Shown piece after piece: positions 1 through 51,124 of a stretch of 64,000 nt of DNA. The position numbers were made by a program, and so were the translations under genes. How positions within the stretch are numbered: position 1 is the stretch's first letter; each line of letters starts with the position of its first letter. Origin of the DNA: Corallococcus sp. RDP092CA (GTDB lineage Bacteria; Myxococcota; Myxococcia; Myxococcales; Myxococcaceae); contig NZ_JAYESI010000001.1 of the NCBI RefSeq assembly GCF_041903675.1, positions 224,643 to 288,642 of the forward strand, given 5' to 3'. The notes beneath the pieces were generated by a model. That model was not told the origin of the DNA. It ran no database searches and saw only the letters and a program-made list of their open reading frames with translations.

Positions 1-644
1 TCTTCGGCTCGGGAGGGAAGGCCCTCTTCGCGGTGCAGCCCTTCGCCCGGGTGCTGGAGGGCGTCGTGGAGCGCTACGGCATCCAGACGCACTTCGGCCA
101 TGACCTGGTCGAGGTGCGCGCGGCCCGCCGCGAGGCCGTCTTCGCGGTGACGCGCGAGGGGCGCCGGGAGGAGGTGACGCTGGGGTATGATCTGCTGCAC
201 GTCACGCCGCCGCAGAGCGCGCCGGACTTCATCAAGCGCAGCGCGCTGGCGCACGCGGACGGACCGAACGCGGGCTGGGTCAAGGCGCACAAGCACACGC
301 TGCAGCACCCGGACCACCCGAACGTCTTCGCCATTGGAGACGCCAGCGACCTGCCCACCTCCCGCACGGGCGCCGCCGTCCGGGCGGAGGCGCCCGTCCT
401 CGTGGAGAACCTGGTGGCGGTGATGGCGGGGCGCGAGCCCACGGCCCGCTACGACGGCTATGCGTCCTGTCCGCTGGTGACGGGCTACGGGCGGATGCTG
501 CTCGCCGAGTTCGACTACGAGGGCCGGCCCGCGCCGAGCCTGCCGCTCATCAACACCTTCGTGGAGCGCCGGGACCTGTGGCTCTTGAAGAAGTACGGGC
601 TGCCGCGCCTGTACTGGGACGGCATGCTTCGTGGGCGCGCGTGA
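1..644 (+). CDS. sqr: Sulfide:quinone oxidoreductase-like FAD-dependent pyridine nucleotide-disulfide oxidoreductase. The 5' end is cut by the window edge and only the C-terminal ~214 aa are present.
   Basis: The frame is open from nt 3 with no upstream stop, to TGA 642-644. The C-terminal sequence FAIGDASDLPTSRTGAAVRAEAPVLVENLVAVMAG...YDGYASCPLVTGYG...LLKKYGLPRLYWDGMLRGRA is typical of the type II SQR C-terminal and quinone-binding region. Confidence 0.8.
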   Translation, partial: FGSGGKALFAVQPFARVLEGVVERYGIQTHFGHDLVEVRAARREAVFAVTREGRREEVTLGYDLLHVTPPQSAPDFIKRSALAHADGPNAGWVKAHKHTLQHPDHPNVFAIGDASDLPTSRTGAAVRAEAPVLVENLVAVMAGREPTARYDGYASCPLVTGYGRMLLAEFDYEGRPAPSLPLINTFVERRDLWLLKKYGLPRLYWDGMLRGRA

Positions 645-700
645 ACACTCGCGCAAGGGACTGCTCGACGGTGGGCCCTGCTCGTGCGACGTTCGCGGCC

Positions 701-1339
<639 letters not shown>

Positions 1340-1436
1340 GGCCGCCGGGCTGACGGGGTGGTGAGCGCCGAGCGCGGCGCAAGGCAATGTCGTGACGCGC
1401 CCTCCACCTCGGTCCGGCGGTCTACGACCTCCGGCG

Positions 1437-1991
1437 CTATCGCTTCCACACCACCCGGTCCCCATCGGCCTGGCAGTGCCCTCGCTGAAGAAGCAAGGTC
1501 AGCCCGGCTTCGAGGACCGGGATCACCGCCCGGGTCAGCCGTTGGATGCCGAAGCAGCGGGCTGTCTCCCGGAGCAGGTCCTCGCGCTCCAGCGAGAGCG
1601 CCTCGGTGAGCACGGCCCCCGCGGCGTTGGCCACCTCCTCGGGGGGAAGGTGGGCGGCCTCGCGGTCCGGATGCGCGCCACGAAAGCCTGTGTACTGCGC
1701 GGGCCCCCGGCTGGGCGACCAGAGGAACTCCCCGACGACCGTCACGGCCCCGCGCTTCGCCAGTGACGGGACGAGCTGCTCGGTGGGCGCGGAGAACGGC
1801 GTGCCCCCAGGTCCGCGTTGGCCGGGCCCGTCGTGTTGCAGCCTATGGCCGTGGCGTAGGGCATGGAGGTGACGGTGTCCGGCGAGTGCACCAGCGCGCC
1901 AGTGGCCGTGGCGTAGGTCTGCTCGTTGGTGTCCACGCTCAAGGTCGCGCGGGCCAACCGGATGCGCGTGAAGTGCGTGCGCCCTTGCCAA
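1437..1991 (-). CDS. Hypothetical protein. Only the C-terminal ~100 aa (..EVANAAGAVLTEALSLEREDLLRETARCFGIQRLTRAVIPVLEAGLTLLLQRG..) look protein-like. The N-terminal part of the ORF is low-complexity and the true start is probably internal.
   Basis: GC3 is high over the 3' ~300 nt. No recognisable motif. Lies between the carbonic anhydrase gene and the 3' end of the megasynthetase gene. Confidence 0.2.
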   Translation of the reverse strand: MARAHALHAHPVGPRDLERGHQRADLRHGHWRAGALAGHRHLHALRHGHRLQHDGPGQRGPGGTPFSAPTEQLVPSLAKRGAVTVVGEFLWSPSRGPAQYTGFRGAHPDREAAHLPPEEVANAAGAVLTEALSLEREDLLRETARCFGIQRLTRAVIPVLEAGLTLLLQRGHCQADGDRVVWKR

Positions 1992-2065
1992 GGTGGCCGC
2001 CCCGGGAGCGTGCCCGTCCTGGCCCCGCGCGCTGGCACCTCCCTGGGGATGCCCTGTCAGTCCTC

Positions 2066-35208
<33,143 letters not shown>

Positions 35209-35969
35209 TGGGTCGGAGACTCCTTGGGAGGGGGCCTCGCGAACGCTCGGGAAGGCGATGTGACGGGTTCCCGGACTCGCGAGCGCGCGGGATAGTAGAC
35301 AGGCCCTCCGACACGGCCGCAGCGATTTGCTCATGGGGACCTGGCGGTCAGCCAACTGGGGAGCGCGGAGGTGCGAGGCGCGTGGACCCTGCGGAAATTC
35401 CGCTCCACGCATGGTGTCTGGTGACGTATTTCAGCGGTGTTTCACCGTGGTGTTGGAACGCTCGCGCTGGACGTTTCCGCTAGACTTTGGGAAGGCCCGA
35501 GCTCTTCCGGATCCGCGAAGCCCACCTCGCCGATGCTGCGCGGAGCTCGCAGGTGCTACGCGACGCCCCGAGTCATCCCGTGGCTGTCTGTATCCACCGT
35601 CCGGCGCGCGCGACAAGGCAGAGGCCGTGATGCGGCGCGAGCTGTCAGATATGGCGGCGCGTTCGTCGCGGAGGCGGAGGGCATCCGCTTCGGCTGCGTG
35701 TTCTTCCATCCGAAGGGAGTGCCCCCGTCCCTGGATCGGCACGTGGCGCTGCCGTTGCACGGGGCCAGGGCATGGCACTGCACCTCATCGAGGAGGTGGA
35801 GACTCGAGCGAGAGAGCTGGGGCAGCGGCGCGCGCGGCTTTTGGTGAGGCGCGCGCTCACGCCGCACCATGCGTGGTACTCACACCTGGGCCGTGCCTTC
35901 CATTCCCATGGCACGCATGCCGGTCATGCGTCGCCGACGTTCCGGGTGTTGGAGAAGATGCTCTGCGCG
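35209..35969. promoter_or_regulatory. Upstream and promoter region of the megasynthetase gene, with the AAGGAG RBS 13 nt before the ATG. It is shared with the 3' end region of the oxidoreductase gene.
   Basis: A non-coding stretch lies between the ATG (about 35208) and the oxidoreductase stop (35970). It contains fragments of a GNAT-like coding sequence in two frames. Confidence 0.4.
35640..35960 (+). pseudogene. Possible frameshifted remnant of a GNAT-family N-acetyltransferase.
   Basis: One frame gives ..GGAFVAEAEGIRFGCVFFHPKGVP..VALPLHGAR.. Another frame gives ..GMALHLIEEVETRARELGQRRARLLVRRALTPHHAWYSHLGRAF.. Joined by a +1/-1 shift near 35765, this resembles GNAT motif A and B (V.P..RG.G.A..L.E.VE..AR.LG.RR..L.V...N..A...Y..LGF). 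No intact ORF with a proper stop exists. Confidence 0.25.
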
Positions 35970-37021
35970 TCAGTCGCGAGGGAGCAGCGGGATGCGGCGG
36001 CCTTCCAGGTCGCTCTGGAGCGCGGCCTGGATGACGCGCACGGTCTCGCTCGCGCTCAGCGCCGTCACGGGCACGGGCGCTCCATGGAGGATGGCGGCGC
36101 CGAGCTGCCGGTAGAACTGGCCGTAGTCGCCGGGCACGGTGGTGACGGTCTCCCCCGAGGCGAGCAGCCGGCCATGGCGCTCCACGGGCTCGCGGCCGAA
36201 GTCCGGATGGCCGGGACGCAAGCCTGCTTCGAGCTGTCCCTCCTGCGGATCCAGTTCGTGCTTCAGGTAGGCATCCCGGTCGCCCTGTAAAACGAAGCGG
36301 GGCCACGGTGCATGCACGACGGAGCCGGAGTGCAGCACCACTCGCAGCGTGCCGTAGCGAAGGACCAGGTGGAACCAGTCTGTCCCCTGCGCGCCCGGGC
36401 GCTGCCGGCCGAGGTCGGCGGTCACGGACTCCGGCAGGCCGAAGAGCTGCACGGCCTGGTCGATGAGGTGCGAGCCCAGGTCCCACAGCGTGCCGCCGCC
36501 GGGCACATTCTGTTCCTTCCAGCGAGCCTTCACCTGGGGCCGGAAGCGGTCGAAGTGGCTCTCCATGCTGTAGAGCGTCCCGAGCCGTCCCTGTTCCAGC
36601 AACTGGCGCACGGTGAGGAAGTCCCCGTCCCAGCGGCGGTTATGGAACACGGAGAGGCACAGCCCACGCTCCTTGGCGAGCGCATCCAGTCGCAGCGCTT
36701 CGTCCGCGTCGAGCGTGACGGGCTTCTCCACCACCACATGTTTGTCCGCGCGCAGCGCCTGTCGCGCGAGCGACGCGTGCGAGTCATTGGGAGTGCACAC
36801 GACGAGCACATCCAGGTCCGGATCCGCCAGCAGTGACTCCACGGTGCCGGTGCGGACGCCAGGCCAGTCGCGGGTCACGGTGTCCACGCGGCTCGATGCC
36901 ACGGCGGCCAGGGTCAACGCGGGCTCCGCGGCGATGAGGGGTCCATGGAAGCGAGAACCAGACAAGCCATAGCCGAGGAGGCCCACCCGCAACGGGGAGC
37001 CAGGGACGCGAGTGGAGGTCA
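35970..37021 (-). CDS. Gfo/Idh/MocA-family NAD(P)-dependent oxidoreductase.
   Basis: N-terminal Rossmann motif MTSTRVPGSPLRVGLLGYGLSGSRFHGPLIAA, then ..VVCTPNDSHASLARQALRADKHVVVEKP.. The ATG is near 37019-37021. The track ORF extends further, to 37142. Confidence 0.85.
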
Positions 37022-37149
37022 TGGCCCGAAAGGGTAGCGGGAAGTGCTCCCGATGCGGATAGACATGAGGACCTGTCCCTGCCACCTTCCCGACATCCGC
37101 CGCCACGAAGGGCATCAGGAGAAGGACGCAGCAGGGGGCCACGACGTCG

Positions 37150-37460
37150 TGCCTGGGTGAATGCCCACACAGGCCCCGGATGGAAGCAGGGGGGAATGCG
37201 AGGTCGTGTCACGGCGGCCGCAAAGGCGAAGCCACAGGGGGAGTCTGCGGCGAACCGCGACGTCACGTTGACGCGGTCGCAGAGGTGAACCACGGATGGA
37301 ATCGGCGGTCCTCTGCGACGTCGTGCCAACGCGGATGCAGAGGCAAAGCCACGGGCGGAGACAGCGATGAACCGCGACGTCGTGCCATTACGAGGCCAAG
37401 GGTAAGGGCACGAATGGAGGTCGCGATAGGTCGGGACACCTTGCCGACGAGGGACAAGCG
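37150..37460. repeat. Degenerate tandem repeat of about five units of 58-60 nt, in an intergenic region.
   Basis: Units resemble gtcgtg(c/t)ca..gcg..gcagagg(c/t)(a/g)aagccac(a/g)gg(c/g)ggag.c.gcg(a/g)tgaaccgcgac, for example at 37197-37255, 37256-37313 and 37314-37372. Confidence 0.6.
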
Positions 37461-37599
37461 CGAAGCCACAGGCAGAGGCCGCAGTGCCTTCCTTCGCGGA
37501 TGCAAAGTGGAGCTGCGAACGGAGGCACCGGTGGGCGCGACTTCATCCCTGCGCGGCCTCAATGATGGGGCACGGACAGGGCCACCTGCCGGGCTCGCT

Positions 37600-38190
37600 T
37601 TCCGGAAACCTGTCCGACAGTCGGACAAGCTTTCGCCACACGGTGCCCGAACTCGAGACCGAGTCCGACAGTCGGCCAGCCCTGCGCCAATTGGGGCCGA
37701 AGTCGCGAACGAGTCCGACAGTCGGACAGGCCCGTGCCAACGGGGGCCGAAGTCGCGAACGAGTCCGACAGTCAGACAGGCCCGCGCCAACCGAGGTTCG
37801 ATCTCGCGAACAAGTCCGACAGTCAGACAGGTCCTCGCCAACTGGGGCCGATTCCGCGAACGAGTTCGGCAGTCGGACAGGTTCGCGCCAACTGAGGTTC
37901 GTTTCGCGAGAGAGTCCGACAGTCAGACAGGTCTGCGCTGCGGGACCAGAGTCAGCAAACGTGTCCGATAGTCGGACTGGTTTTCACAGCCCGCGGTCCG
38001 TGCTCGTGAACGAGTCCGGCAATCGGACGGGTCTACGCTTTGGGGCCAGAGCCAGCGAACCTGTCGGACTGTCGGACTGGGTTTCACACTGAGGAGCGAG
38101 CCCACGCGCCTGTCCGACAGTCTGACTGGGCTTCGCGACCCGCAACCGGAGCTCACGGACGTGTCCGACAGTCGGGCAGGTTTTCGCGCT
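37600..38190. repeat. Intergenic tandem array of about 12 copies with a ~50-nt period. It belongs to the same GTCCGACAGTCGGACAGG palindromic repeat family found inside NRPS module 9.
   Basis: Cores are at about 37620, 37670, 37711, 37762, 37813, 37863, 37913, 37963, 38010, 38062, 38111 and 38161. The inter-core segments are semi-conserved (..cccgcgccaac.ggggccgaagtcgcgaacga..), so they are not unique spacers. Confidence 0.85.
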
Positions 38191-38714
38191 CCGCGGGGCC
38201 GCGCCATATGGGCCGACGCGGACGGCGGGGTCGCGCATCCATCCATGTCAGACCCCCATGGTTGGATGGCGACGCTGAGACAAGGAAGGGGATGGGGATG
38301 GAGCGGGGCGGGCTCGTGGCGTACGTGGAAGCGCAGATTGAGCGCAAGATCGCGCTGGGGCAGATACACCCATCTGGGGAGTTCGCTTCGGAAGCGGAGC
38401 TGGCGCGTCGTGACAGGGTATGCCGGGGCACCATGCGTGAGGCGCTGCGACGGCTGGCGGCTCGAGGTCTGGGACCCTGCGCCGCTTCGCTCGGTGGACT
38501 GCGCGCCTCTGGCGCTTCATGGCCCATTCTCCAGGCCCACGTGCCTCGTGAGCGGCGGCAGCGCTGCGCGCCCACGAAGTTGCCCATGACGCTCCGCCTG
38601 TCCCCGCTTGAGGGGCAACACCGGACCCGGGGCTCTCCGGACGCGTCCTCCCGAGCCTGGTCTCCACTCCGGATTGCTCAACGAACTCCTCATGTCCTGC
38701 ATAGAGTTCGCACC

Positions 38715-39737
38715 ATGGACACCGTGCCCCTCATCGACGTCCGTGCCCTCGTCGACCCCACGTCGAGTCCCCAGTCCCGACGGGAGGTCGCCGCCCACAT
38801 GGGCGCGGCCTGCAGGAACACCGGCTTCTTCTACGTCGTGGGCCACGGCGTGGACGAGGGACTCCAGTCCCGGCTGGATGCGCTGGCCCGGGACTTCTTC
38901 GCCCGGCCGGAGGAGGAGAAGCAGCGCGTGCGCATGGGGCTCGGGGGGAGGGCGTGGCGGGGCTTCTTCCCCGTGGGCGGAGAGCTCACTTCAGGCCGGC
39001 CGGACCGCAAGGAGGGGCTCTACTTCGGGACGGAACTGCCGCCGGATGACCCTCGCGTGCGCGCCGGCACGCCGCTGCATGGTCCGAACCTGTTCCCCCT
39101 GGAGCCGGCGGGACTGGGCTGCGCGGTGCTCGAGTACATGGCGGCGCTGACGTCCCTGGGACACGCGCTGATGTCCGGTATCGCGCTCAGCCTGGACCTG
39201 GAGGCGGACTTCTTCGCCAGGCGGTACATGGCGGATCCAACGGTGCTGTTCCGCATCTTCAACTACCCGCCGGGCCCGGAGGTGGACTCCCAGGGGCTCC
39301 CGGTCTGGGGCGTGGGCGAGCACACCGACTACGGCGTGCTCACCATCCTCAAGCAGGACGACGCGGGCGGGCTCCAGGTGAAGACGCGCCAGGACGGCCA
39401 TACGCGCTGGGTGGACGCGCCTCCGGTGGAGAACGCGTTCGTGTGCAACATCGGCGACATGCTCGACCGGATGACGCGCGGCGTGTACCGCTCCACCCCG
39501 CACCGGGTGCGCAACCGCGCGGGCCGCGACCGGCTGTCCCTGCCGCTCTTCTTCGACCCGGACTGGACGGCGGAGGTGCGGGCCATCGACTCGCCCGCAC
39601 TGAAGGACGCGGGCGCGGACGACCACGCGGAGCGGTGGGACCGCCAGAGCGTCCACGCGTTCCAGGGCACCTATGGGGACTACCTGCTCGGCAAGGTGGG
39701 GAAGGTGTTCCCCGACCTGCGCGCGGAGGTGCTGTAG
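38715..39737 (+). CDS. 2-oxoglutarate/Fe(II)-dependent oxygenase (isopenicillin-N-synthase-like family).
   Basis: ATG at 38715 (MDTVPLIDVRALVD). The HxD...H iron triad is present: GVGEHTDYGVLTIL and TPHRVRN. The RxS motif RLSLPLFF is present. N-terminal DIOX_N-like region: AACRNTGFFYVVGHGV. The track ORF 38040.. has an artefactual N-terminus that translates the repeat array. Confidence 0.85.
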   Translation: MDTVPLIDVRALVDPTSSPQSRREVAAHMGAACRNTGFFYVVGHGVDEGLQSRLDALARDFFARPEEEKQRVRMGLGGRAWRGFFPVGGELTSGRPDRKEGLYFGTELPPDDPRVRAGTPLHGPNLFPLEPAGLGCAVLEYMAALTSLGHALMSGIALSLDLEADFFARRYMADPTVLFRIFNYPPGPEVDSQGLPVWGVGEHTDYGVLTILKQDDAGGLQVKTRQDGHTRWVDAPPVENAFVCNIGDMLDRMTRGVYRSTPHRVRNRAGRDRLSLPLFFDPDWTAEVRAIDSPALKDAGADDHAERWDRQSVHAFQGTYGDYLLGKVGKVFPDLRAEVL

Positions 39738-39743
39738 CGACGC

Positions 39744-40385
39744 TCAGGAGTGCCGGAGCCGCCGGGCCTCCGCGGAGTCCTGGAGGGACCGGGGCGCGGT
39801 CTCCGTGGCGGCCAGGTGCGGCGGCCCCGGGTCCTTCATGGCCAGCACCAGGCACTCCCGCAGGCGCTGGCGCGCGCGGAACAGCAGGATGCGCACGTTC
39901 TCCGGCGACACCCCCAGCAGCGTGGAGACCTCCTCGCCCGGACACTCGTCCAGGAGCCGCAAGCGGATGACCGCCTGCTGCATCTGCGACAGCTGCTCCA
40001 CGCAGCGCACCAGGCTCACCCGCGCCTCCGCCTCCGCCACCAGCGTGTCCGCGGAAGGCAGGTCCGCGGCCACCTCTTGCAGGTCGAACTCCGCCGGCAA
40101 CGCCCGGCGCGCCAGCTTGCGCCGCTGGTTGAGCGCGGCGTGGGCCACCAGCGTCGACAGCAGGCGCTCGACCTCGTTGGAGCGGGCGGACAGCGTCGTG
40201 GCCTCCGGCATCCGCAGGAACGTGACGAACGCGTCCTGGACGCAATCCAGCGCGTCCTCGGGCGGCAGCCCCCGGCGCCTCGCGCTCGTCACCAGGCGCG
40301 CGCGGTGCTGGTGGACGAGCAGGGTGATCCAGGAGAGGAACGCGGCGCGCTCCGTGGCGGAATCCGGAGGGGTGTCTTCAGACAT
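39744..40385 (-). CDS. ECF-type RNA polymerase sigma-70 factor.
   Basis: Region 2: LPPEDALDCVQDAFVTFLR. Region 4 helix-turn-helix: QQAVIRLRLLDECPGEEVSTLLGVSPENVRILLFRARQRLRECL. Length is 213 aa. Confidence 0.9.
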   Translation of the reverse strand: MSEDTPPDSATERAAFLSWITLLVHQHRARLVTSARRRGLPPEDALDCVQDAFVTFLRMPEATTLSARSNEVERLLSTLVAHAALNQRRKLARRALPAEFDLQEVAADLPSADTLVAEAEARVSLVRCVEQLSQMQQAVIRLRLLDECPGEEVSTLLGVSPENVRILLFRARQRLRECLVLAMKDPGPPHLAATETAPRSLQDSAEARRLRHS

Positions 40386-40474
40386 GGCTCCGCCATCCTA
40401 ACCCCCTTCGACGAAATCCGCCGAAGGGGGAAGGCCGGAAAGCCTGGATGACGCAGGACGGCGCGCCTCGTCCG

Positions 40475-40954
40475 CTACTGCGTGAGGTGCGCCCCGCGCG
40501 CGAGCGCCGTCATCAGCTCCTTCTCGTTGAAGCCCAGCGGCGGGAGGGCGGACTGCCTCCCGTAGACGACCTCCCGGGAGGGGGCCAGCAATACGGTGCC
40601 GCTCGGCTGGAGCCTGCCCCAGAGGATGGGCTCCAGCCCCGCCTCCGCGTGCGAGCCGGTGCCGGTGGTGAGCACCGGCACCGCCGCCAGCCCCAGCCAC
40701 GACGCCAGCTCCCGCGCCTCGTCGGGTCCATCCGGCACGACGGAGAGGACCTTCGCCCGGTTCGCCGCGATGTCGCCCTGGCGCTTCGCCAGCGTCTTCA
40801 GGTGGTTGCGACACACCGGACACGCGGCGTTGCGGAGGAAGAAGACCACCGCCGCCTCGCCGCCCATGGCCTCGCCCAGGCGCGTGGGCCTGCCCGCGCC
40901 GTCCCTCAGCTCCAGGTCGGGGAAGCGGGCCCCGGGTTCGAAGGTCGCCGTCAC
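40475..40954 (-). CDS. Thioredoxin-fold redoxin (AhpC/TSA-like peroxiredoxin or thiol-disulfide oxidoreductase).
   Basis: GTG start VTATFEPGARFPDLEL; the GTG overlaps the TGA of the upstream gene (GTGA). Active-site motif FLRNAACPVCRNHL. The track shows it fused into the 355-aa ORF 40475..41542. Confidence 0.7.
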   Translation of the reverse strand: MTATFEPGARFPDLELRDGAGRPTRLGEAMGGEAAVVFFLRNAACPVCRNHLKTLAKRQGDIAANRAKVLSVVPDGPDEARELASWLGLAAVPVLTTGTGSHAEAGLEPILWGRLQPSGTVLLAPSREVVYGRQSALPPLGFNEKELMTALARGAHLTQ

Positions 40955-41502
40955 GCGTGGATTCCGTCGATGACCGCCGCGGGCACCAGGTCCACCGGCG
41001 GGATGTCGATCTCCGTCTGGGCCAGGTGGTTGAGGTAGTTGCCGAAGCTGGTCGCGACGACCTGGGCCAGGATCTCCACCACGTCGCCGTCGCTCCAGCC
41101 CGCGGCGCGCACCGCCGCCAGCTCCGTGTCCGTCACCGCGCCCCGGCGCGCGGCGATCTGCCGGGCGAACTGGAGCGCCGCCTCCACCTTGGCGTCCGGC
41201 GCCTTGCCCGAGCGCGCGTGATCCAGCTCCAGGTCGGAGAGGCCCGCCTTGCGGCCCAGCTGCGTGTGGTGCGAGACGCAGTAGCGGCAGCCCTGCGCGT
41301 TGCCCACCGCGAGCGCGATCTGCTCGCGCACGCGCGGCGTCAGCTGCCCCTGGCCCAGCGTCCCGTGCAGCGCGAAGAAGGCGCTCATCGCCGCGGGCGA
41401 GTTGGCCAGCACCCGGACCGGCGGCGGCAGGTTGGCGCCCAGCTTCTCCTTGATGGGTTTGAGCGTGGCGTGCGAAGCGTCGACAAGGTTCAGACGGGAC
41501 AT
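40951..41502 (-). CDS. Carboxymuconolactone decarboxylase-family protein (AhpD-like alkylhydroperoxidase core).
   Basis: CxxCxxxH motif: GCRYCVSHH. Length is 183 aa. N-terminus MSRLNLVDASHATLKPIKEKL. Confidence 0.85.
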   Translation of the reverse strand: MSRLNLVDASHATLKPIKEKLGANLPPPVRVLANSPAAMSAFFALHGTLGQGQLTPRVREQIALAVGNAQGCRYCVSHHTQLGRKAGLSDLELDHARSGKAPDAKVEAALQFARQIAARRGAVTDTELAAVRAAGWSDGDVVEILAQVVATSFGNYLNHLAQTEIDIPPVDLVPAAVIDGIHA

Positions 41503-41545
41503 GAATACTCCTGAGGCCGCAGGATTGCGGTTTGCCAGTCATTAA

Positions 41546-41743
41546 GGTCGCGACCCCTGGCCGGCGTTACGCTGGACCTGCCGATTCTTCCCGGGATATT
41601 TTCAACCCACTGAAATTGCAGGTGATTTCGTCCTGAATAATCATGCAGAAATTCACCCTGAAATCCCGCGCGAGGTGCGCAAGGAAATCTTGAGAGGAAT
41701 GTGAATCTTTGTTGAAACGCAATGCTTGAGGTGGCATTGTCAA
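41546..41743. promoter_or_regulatory. AT-rich divergent promoter region between the two AhpD-like genes, with short dyad and direct repeats.
   Basis: It is locally AT-rich for this genome. CTGAAAT occurs twice. GGTGATTTC lies about 26 nt upstream of GAAATTCACC, forming an imperfect inverted repeat. GAAATtgcaggtgATTTC forms a dyad. Confidence 0.35.
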
Positions 41744-42358
41744 ATGAATCCGACACTCCAAATCAGGGGAGGGTGTGTCTTGGGGCGACTGAGGATTCAC
41801 ACGATTGAGAGCGCGCCGGAGCAGTCCCGTCCGGTGCTGGCCGCGGTGGAGAAGTCCGCCGGTTTCCGTTCGAACCTGCTGGGGCTCATCGCGGAGTCAC
41901 CGAGCGCGACCCAGGCCTTCGCCCAGATGGGGCCGCTGCTGGGCCAGTCCTCCTTGAGCGCCGTGGAGCGCGAGGTGGTCATCATGACCATCGGCTGGGA
42001 GAACGACTGTTCGTACTGCATGGCCTTCCACAGCTACTTGTGTCGCAAGCTCCAGGTCCCGGACGCGGTCGTGGCCGCGCTCCGCTCGGGGACGGCGCTG
42101 CCGGAGCCCCGGCTGGACGTGCTCGCGGAGTTCACCCGCACGGTGGTCCGTGAGAAGGGGTACGTGGGGGATGACCTCTGGAGCCGGTTCACGGCCCAGG
42201 GCTTCACGGGCGCCACCGCGCTCGACGTCCTCCTGGCCCTGTCGCAGCAGGTGCTGGTGAACTACGCGAACCACCTGGGCGGCGTCGAGCTGGAGCCGGC
42301 CCTGAAGGAGTTCGCGTGGACCCGCCCGTCCGCGACGGCGGCGGCGCGGCAGGCGTAG
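41744..42358 (+). CDS. Carboxymuconolactone decarboxylase-family protein (AhpD-like). This is the second copy, transcribed divergently from the first.
   Basis: CSYCMAFH motif. ATG at 41744 (MNPTLQIRGG..); the track ORF starts at 41726. Stop at 42358. Confidence 0.8.
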   Translation: MNPTLQIRGGCVLGRLRIHTIESAPEQSRPVLAAVEKSAGFRSNLLGLIAESPSATQAFAQMGPLLGQSSLSAVEREVVIMTIGWENDCSYCMAFHSYLCRKLQVPDAVVAALRSGTALPEPRLDVLAEFTRTVVREKGYVGDDLWSRFTAQGFTGATALDVLLALSQQVLVNYANHLGGVELEPALKEFAWTRPSATAAARQA

Positions 42359-42361
42359 CGC

Positions 42362-42383
42362 TCCCGGGGGCCGCGCCCCCCGG
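42362..42383 (+). terminator. GC-rich hairpin immediately after the stop codon. A possible terminator, but it has no U-tract.
   Basis: The sequence is CCCGGGGGccgcgCCCCCCGGG, a perfect 8-bp stem with a 5-nt loop. Confidence 0.3.
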
Positions 42384-42557
42384 GCTTCATCCCAGCCATC
42401 CGAAGTCCCGCGCCCAGGCCCTCCGCGCTGGCGCGCGCGACCGCGCCTCGCGGTGACGGGATTGTCTTGTCTTGAGTCGTGTCCGGCGCGGGCGGTGTCC
42501 GCCTCGCGCTGACGTGGGAACCGGGCCCTTGGGGAAGGGCTGACAGGGGGAACTGCC

Positions 42558-48098
<5,541 letters not shown>

Positions 48099-48100
48099 CC

Positions 48101-51120
<3,020 letters not shown>

Positions 51121-51124
<4 letters not shown>

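Noticed and set aside
578-700. The ATG at 578 as the start of the carbonic anhydrase gene.
   Set aside because: It would overlap the upstream SQR gene by 66 nt and add an Arg/Ala-rich extension. The GTG at 701 gives an N-terminus that aligns with known beta-CAs (..YDKIFENNKLW..).
35230-35280. A candidate ECF-type promoter (GGAAC...CGTC) upstream of the NRPS start.
   Set aside because: A GGAACC occurs about 60 nt upstream of the ATG on the minus strand, but no properly spaced -10 element could be identified by eye. This is too weak to report as a feature.
35209-35314. The N-terminal extension of the megasynthetase to the GTG at 35314 (MSEGLSTIPRARESGNPSHRL...).
   Set aside because: The downstream ATG (MASTPEQ) has a strong AAGGAG RBS 13 nt upstream and begins exactly at the conserved start of a C domain. 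The extension has no features and is probably promoter or leader sequence. By my manual reading it may also not be in the same frame.
37600-38190. A CRISPR-array interpretation of the 12-copy intergenic repeat.
   Set aside because: The segments between cores are semi-conserved rather than unique spacers. The period (about 50 nt) and core (about 18 nt) do not fit a CRISPR repeat-plus-spacer. No cas genes are nearby. The same unit also occurs in frame inside a coding region.
38040-38714. The first 225 aa of the 565-aa ORF 38040..39737.
   Set aside because: This part is a translation of the tail of the repeat array plus spacer. The 2OG oxygenase homology starts at the ATG at 38715.
40475-41542. 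The single 355-aa ORF that spans the redoxin and the CMD-family gene.
   Set aside because: Its N-terminal 200 aa are Gly/Arg/Ala low-complexity, read in the wrong frame of the AhpD-like gene. The real organisation is two genes: 40951..41502 and 40475..40954.
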